Shown in pieces: positions 60,976 through 64,000 of a DNA stretch of 64,000 bases. Below the pieces are notes generated by a model that was given only the letters and a program-made list of their open reading frames with translations, was not told the DNA's origin and made no database searches. Within the stretch, counting starts at the first letter, position 1, and every line of letters begins with the position of its first letter. The stretch is from the human T2T-CHM13v2.0 reference genome, Homo sapiens. Both the position numbers and the translations under genes were made by a program. Location: NCBI RefSeq assembly GCF_009914755.1, contig NC_060935.1; one strand, written 5' to 3'.

Positions 60976-61439
60976 TTAGTGGGGACCGCCACTAAGGGAG
61001 TGCACAGGGGAATGTTGCCTGTGTAGGTCTCACTGGAGTGAGCTGGTTCTTGGGGAATGGAACCACACCAGCAAAAATCGAGGACAGTGCCTGCCACCTA
61101 GGAGCCACGGAGTAATTGTTCACTACCTTCAACTGATGGTTGAAAACACAGTCCTGGGAGTAGCCTCCAGTATTTAATAAACCTTTTCTCCCTTCCCCCA
61201 CCCACTTCTTTAGCCAACTACACCATAAAACAGACCCTTCTATCGCTACCAAAAATAAAAATCTTGTCTTTGGGGTTGGGAGAGATAAGACTTACTTGGT
61301 TATTAACTGTATAGGTATTTGTATATAGGTATTTTCAGCTGGGTCTACCTCTTCAACTTTTGTTTTTCAGTTTAATTTCTCTATTCCTCTTTCCCAGCCA
61401 AATTTTTAAGTCAACCATACACCTCAACAGGGGGCCTAA

Positions 61440-61842
<403 letters not shown>

Positions 61843-62374
61843 GTGTGTGCTGAAGTTTACCCAAATGCTTAATGCTGGAAAATGCTTGAAGAAAACCATC
61901 CTTCCTCTGGCAGGAGGTGCAGTCTGACATGGAAGCATAAAGCAATATATAGAGACACGTTTTCATTTTTACTCTACTTACTGTTTTCATTCCTGAAAGT
62001 ATATGCATGTGTGTGTTACAAGAAGTCATTTTAAAAAACAAACATGATGTTCATCTATTCAGATTGGTTTTATTTTGGAACTGTCTTCCTCTCATGTAAA
62101 TGTATCCTTTTTAAAAAAGGCCATTAATGCTATTTACCTAGTAACACTTCAGTGTGTCAATAATATTACTTTTGTCAATAGAGCACTTAAGTAATTATTG
62201 CCTTTTCTGGTATTAAGTATCTTCGCTGCATTTAAAGAAAAGCACCCATACATCTAAAGAAAAAGGTCCAAAAACATAAGGCAAGTTTTTACTTTCAACA
62301 ATAAGTGTTACATTTCTCCAAAGATCCAAATTTCCTTTTAGCCTTGGGCCAAGAAGACAGACTGAGAGAATCCA

Positions 62375-62930
<556 letters not shown>

Positions 62931-64000
62931 ATTTCCCTTTTGTCTTTTCCGAATTAAGATAACTGAATTGTTTTAAAATGAAGATTTTTGCCTGGAATCT
63001 GGAAGAACAAGATGGAAATGAGTGTATGTTAACTGTTGTTATAAAGGAAACCTTTGTTATAATTGCAGCTCACTGGTAAGGTATCTCTTCTAGTATTTCA
63101 CACTTGGGCATAGCCTCCTATATAATACCCCTCTTGAAAGTAACCTATCCCTTACTGAGCTACGAAGAGTAAGAAGTCCCTCCTGGGTGAATAGAATCTT
63201 ATACCTTTTGCTATTCTGAATTCCTTAAGAGAGCCCAAATTCCTAAGCATTGCTCTGAGATAAAATTTAAAGGTTTTCCTTTAGGAGGGAAAATTAAATG
63301 CATGAGTCTGTATTCTTTTTGACAGTAGAAACCATGGCCAGTTTTTCTTTCTGTACCCTATAGTGTCTAATACTATGCTGTACCTGGCAGACAGAAGCTG
63401 TACAATAAATTATTGCTCTATTGCATGATGCTGAGTTACACATATGATGAGAGATATATGTATCTATGAAGTACATATATACAGAAATATGTATACACAT
63501 ATAGACATATATGCACATATGTATATGCACACGCTTTTTTGCCTTTGAATGCCTTTATAATATCCCTGTGTTATTTCATAATAATTTATAGGAATATTTA
63601 ATGCCAGTCTTCAGACAAAACTATACTCTAGATAAATTGCAAACCCCAGACACCTGGGGCAATATGAAAACTGCCACCTTATTTTCGATATCCGGGGGTG
63701 GTTTCATTGAGAAGACAGATCCTTTTCTCTGTACCTTCCATTGCTAAGTGATTGTGCTTTGCTCCCAGGTAGAAAATGCCACTCTGTTCCTCCTCCTCCG
63801 ACCTCTTCCTCCTGTTTGAGTGGATTGTTTCTTCAGTTGCTCTTATTGTTGGAAGTGGTGAAGAAAAACAGTAAAAGGATGGGGGAAAATACTGCGGCTT
63901 TAATACTTGCTTAACATTTTACACAGCTTGACTTTCATAGTGATCTTTGACCAGTGTCTTTCATGCAGCCGGAAGCCCTGAGTTTTAGCCCAGTTTTGCT

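Noticed and set aside
60985-61106. Partial CTCF-like (gccacctaggagcca) and REST half-site (ggacagtgcc) motifs in downstream intergenic DNA
   Set aside because: Core mismatches or half-site only; cannot be supported without ChIP data

Overview
Human/primate genomic DNA containing the 3' part of ARHGEF12 (LARG, an RH-RhoGEF) on the + strand. I could assemble 26 coding exons (3178-42830) into one open frame of 3333 nt = 1110 aa + TAG. It covers the end of the RGS-homology domain, the DH and PH domains and the C-terminal coiled-coil tail. Exon numbers 16-41 assume a 41-exon model recalled from memory. An Alu-free ~4.85 kb 3' UTR follows (to ~47690), then ~16 kb of Alu/MIR/L2/Charlie-rich intergenic DNA. 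Most ORF-track entries are Alu or low-complexity artefacts, and TE boundaries and subfamilies are by-eye estimates. Most interesting observations: (1) an 87-codon alternative reading frame starts exactly at the last-exon acceptor and stops 5 nt before a proximal AATAAA, and a candidate 23-nt microexon would switch LARG into it; (2) two GC-AG introns share the donor context CAG|GCAAGTAT, each with a competing +4 GT that leads to an early stop; (3) a ~290-bp locally templated insertion sits inside an L1, with a perfect fold-back hairpin at its junction; (4) a duplicated in-frame donor follows exon 30; (5) inverted Alus bracket the PH-domain exons (circRNA candidates).
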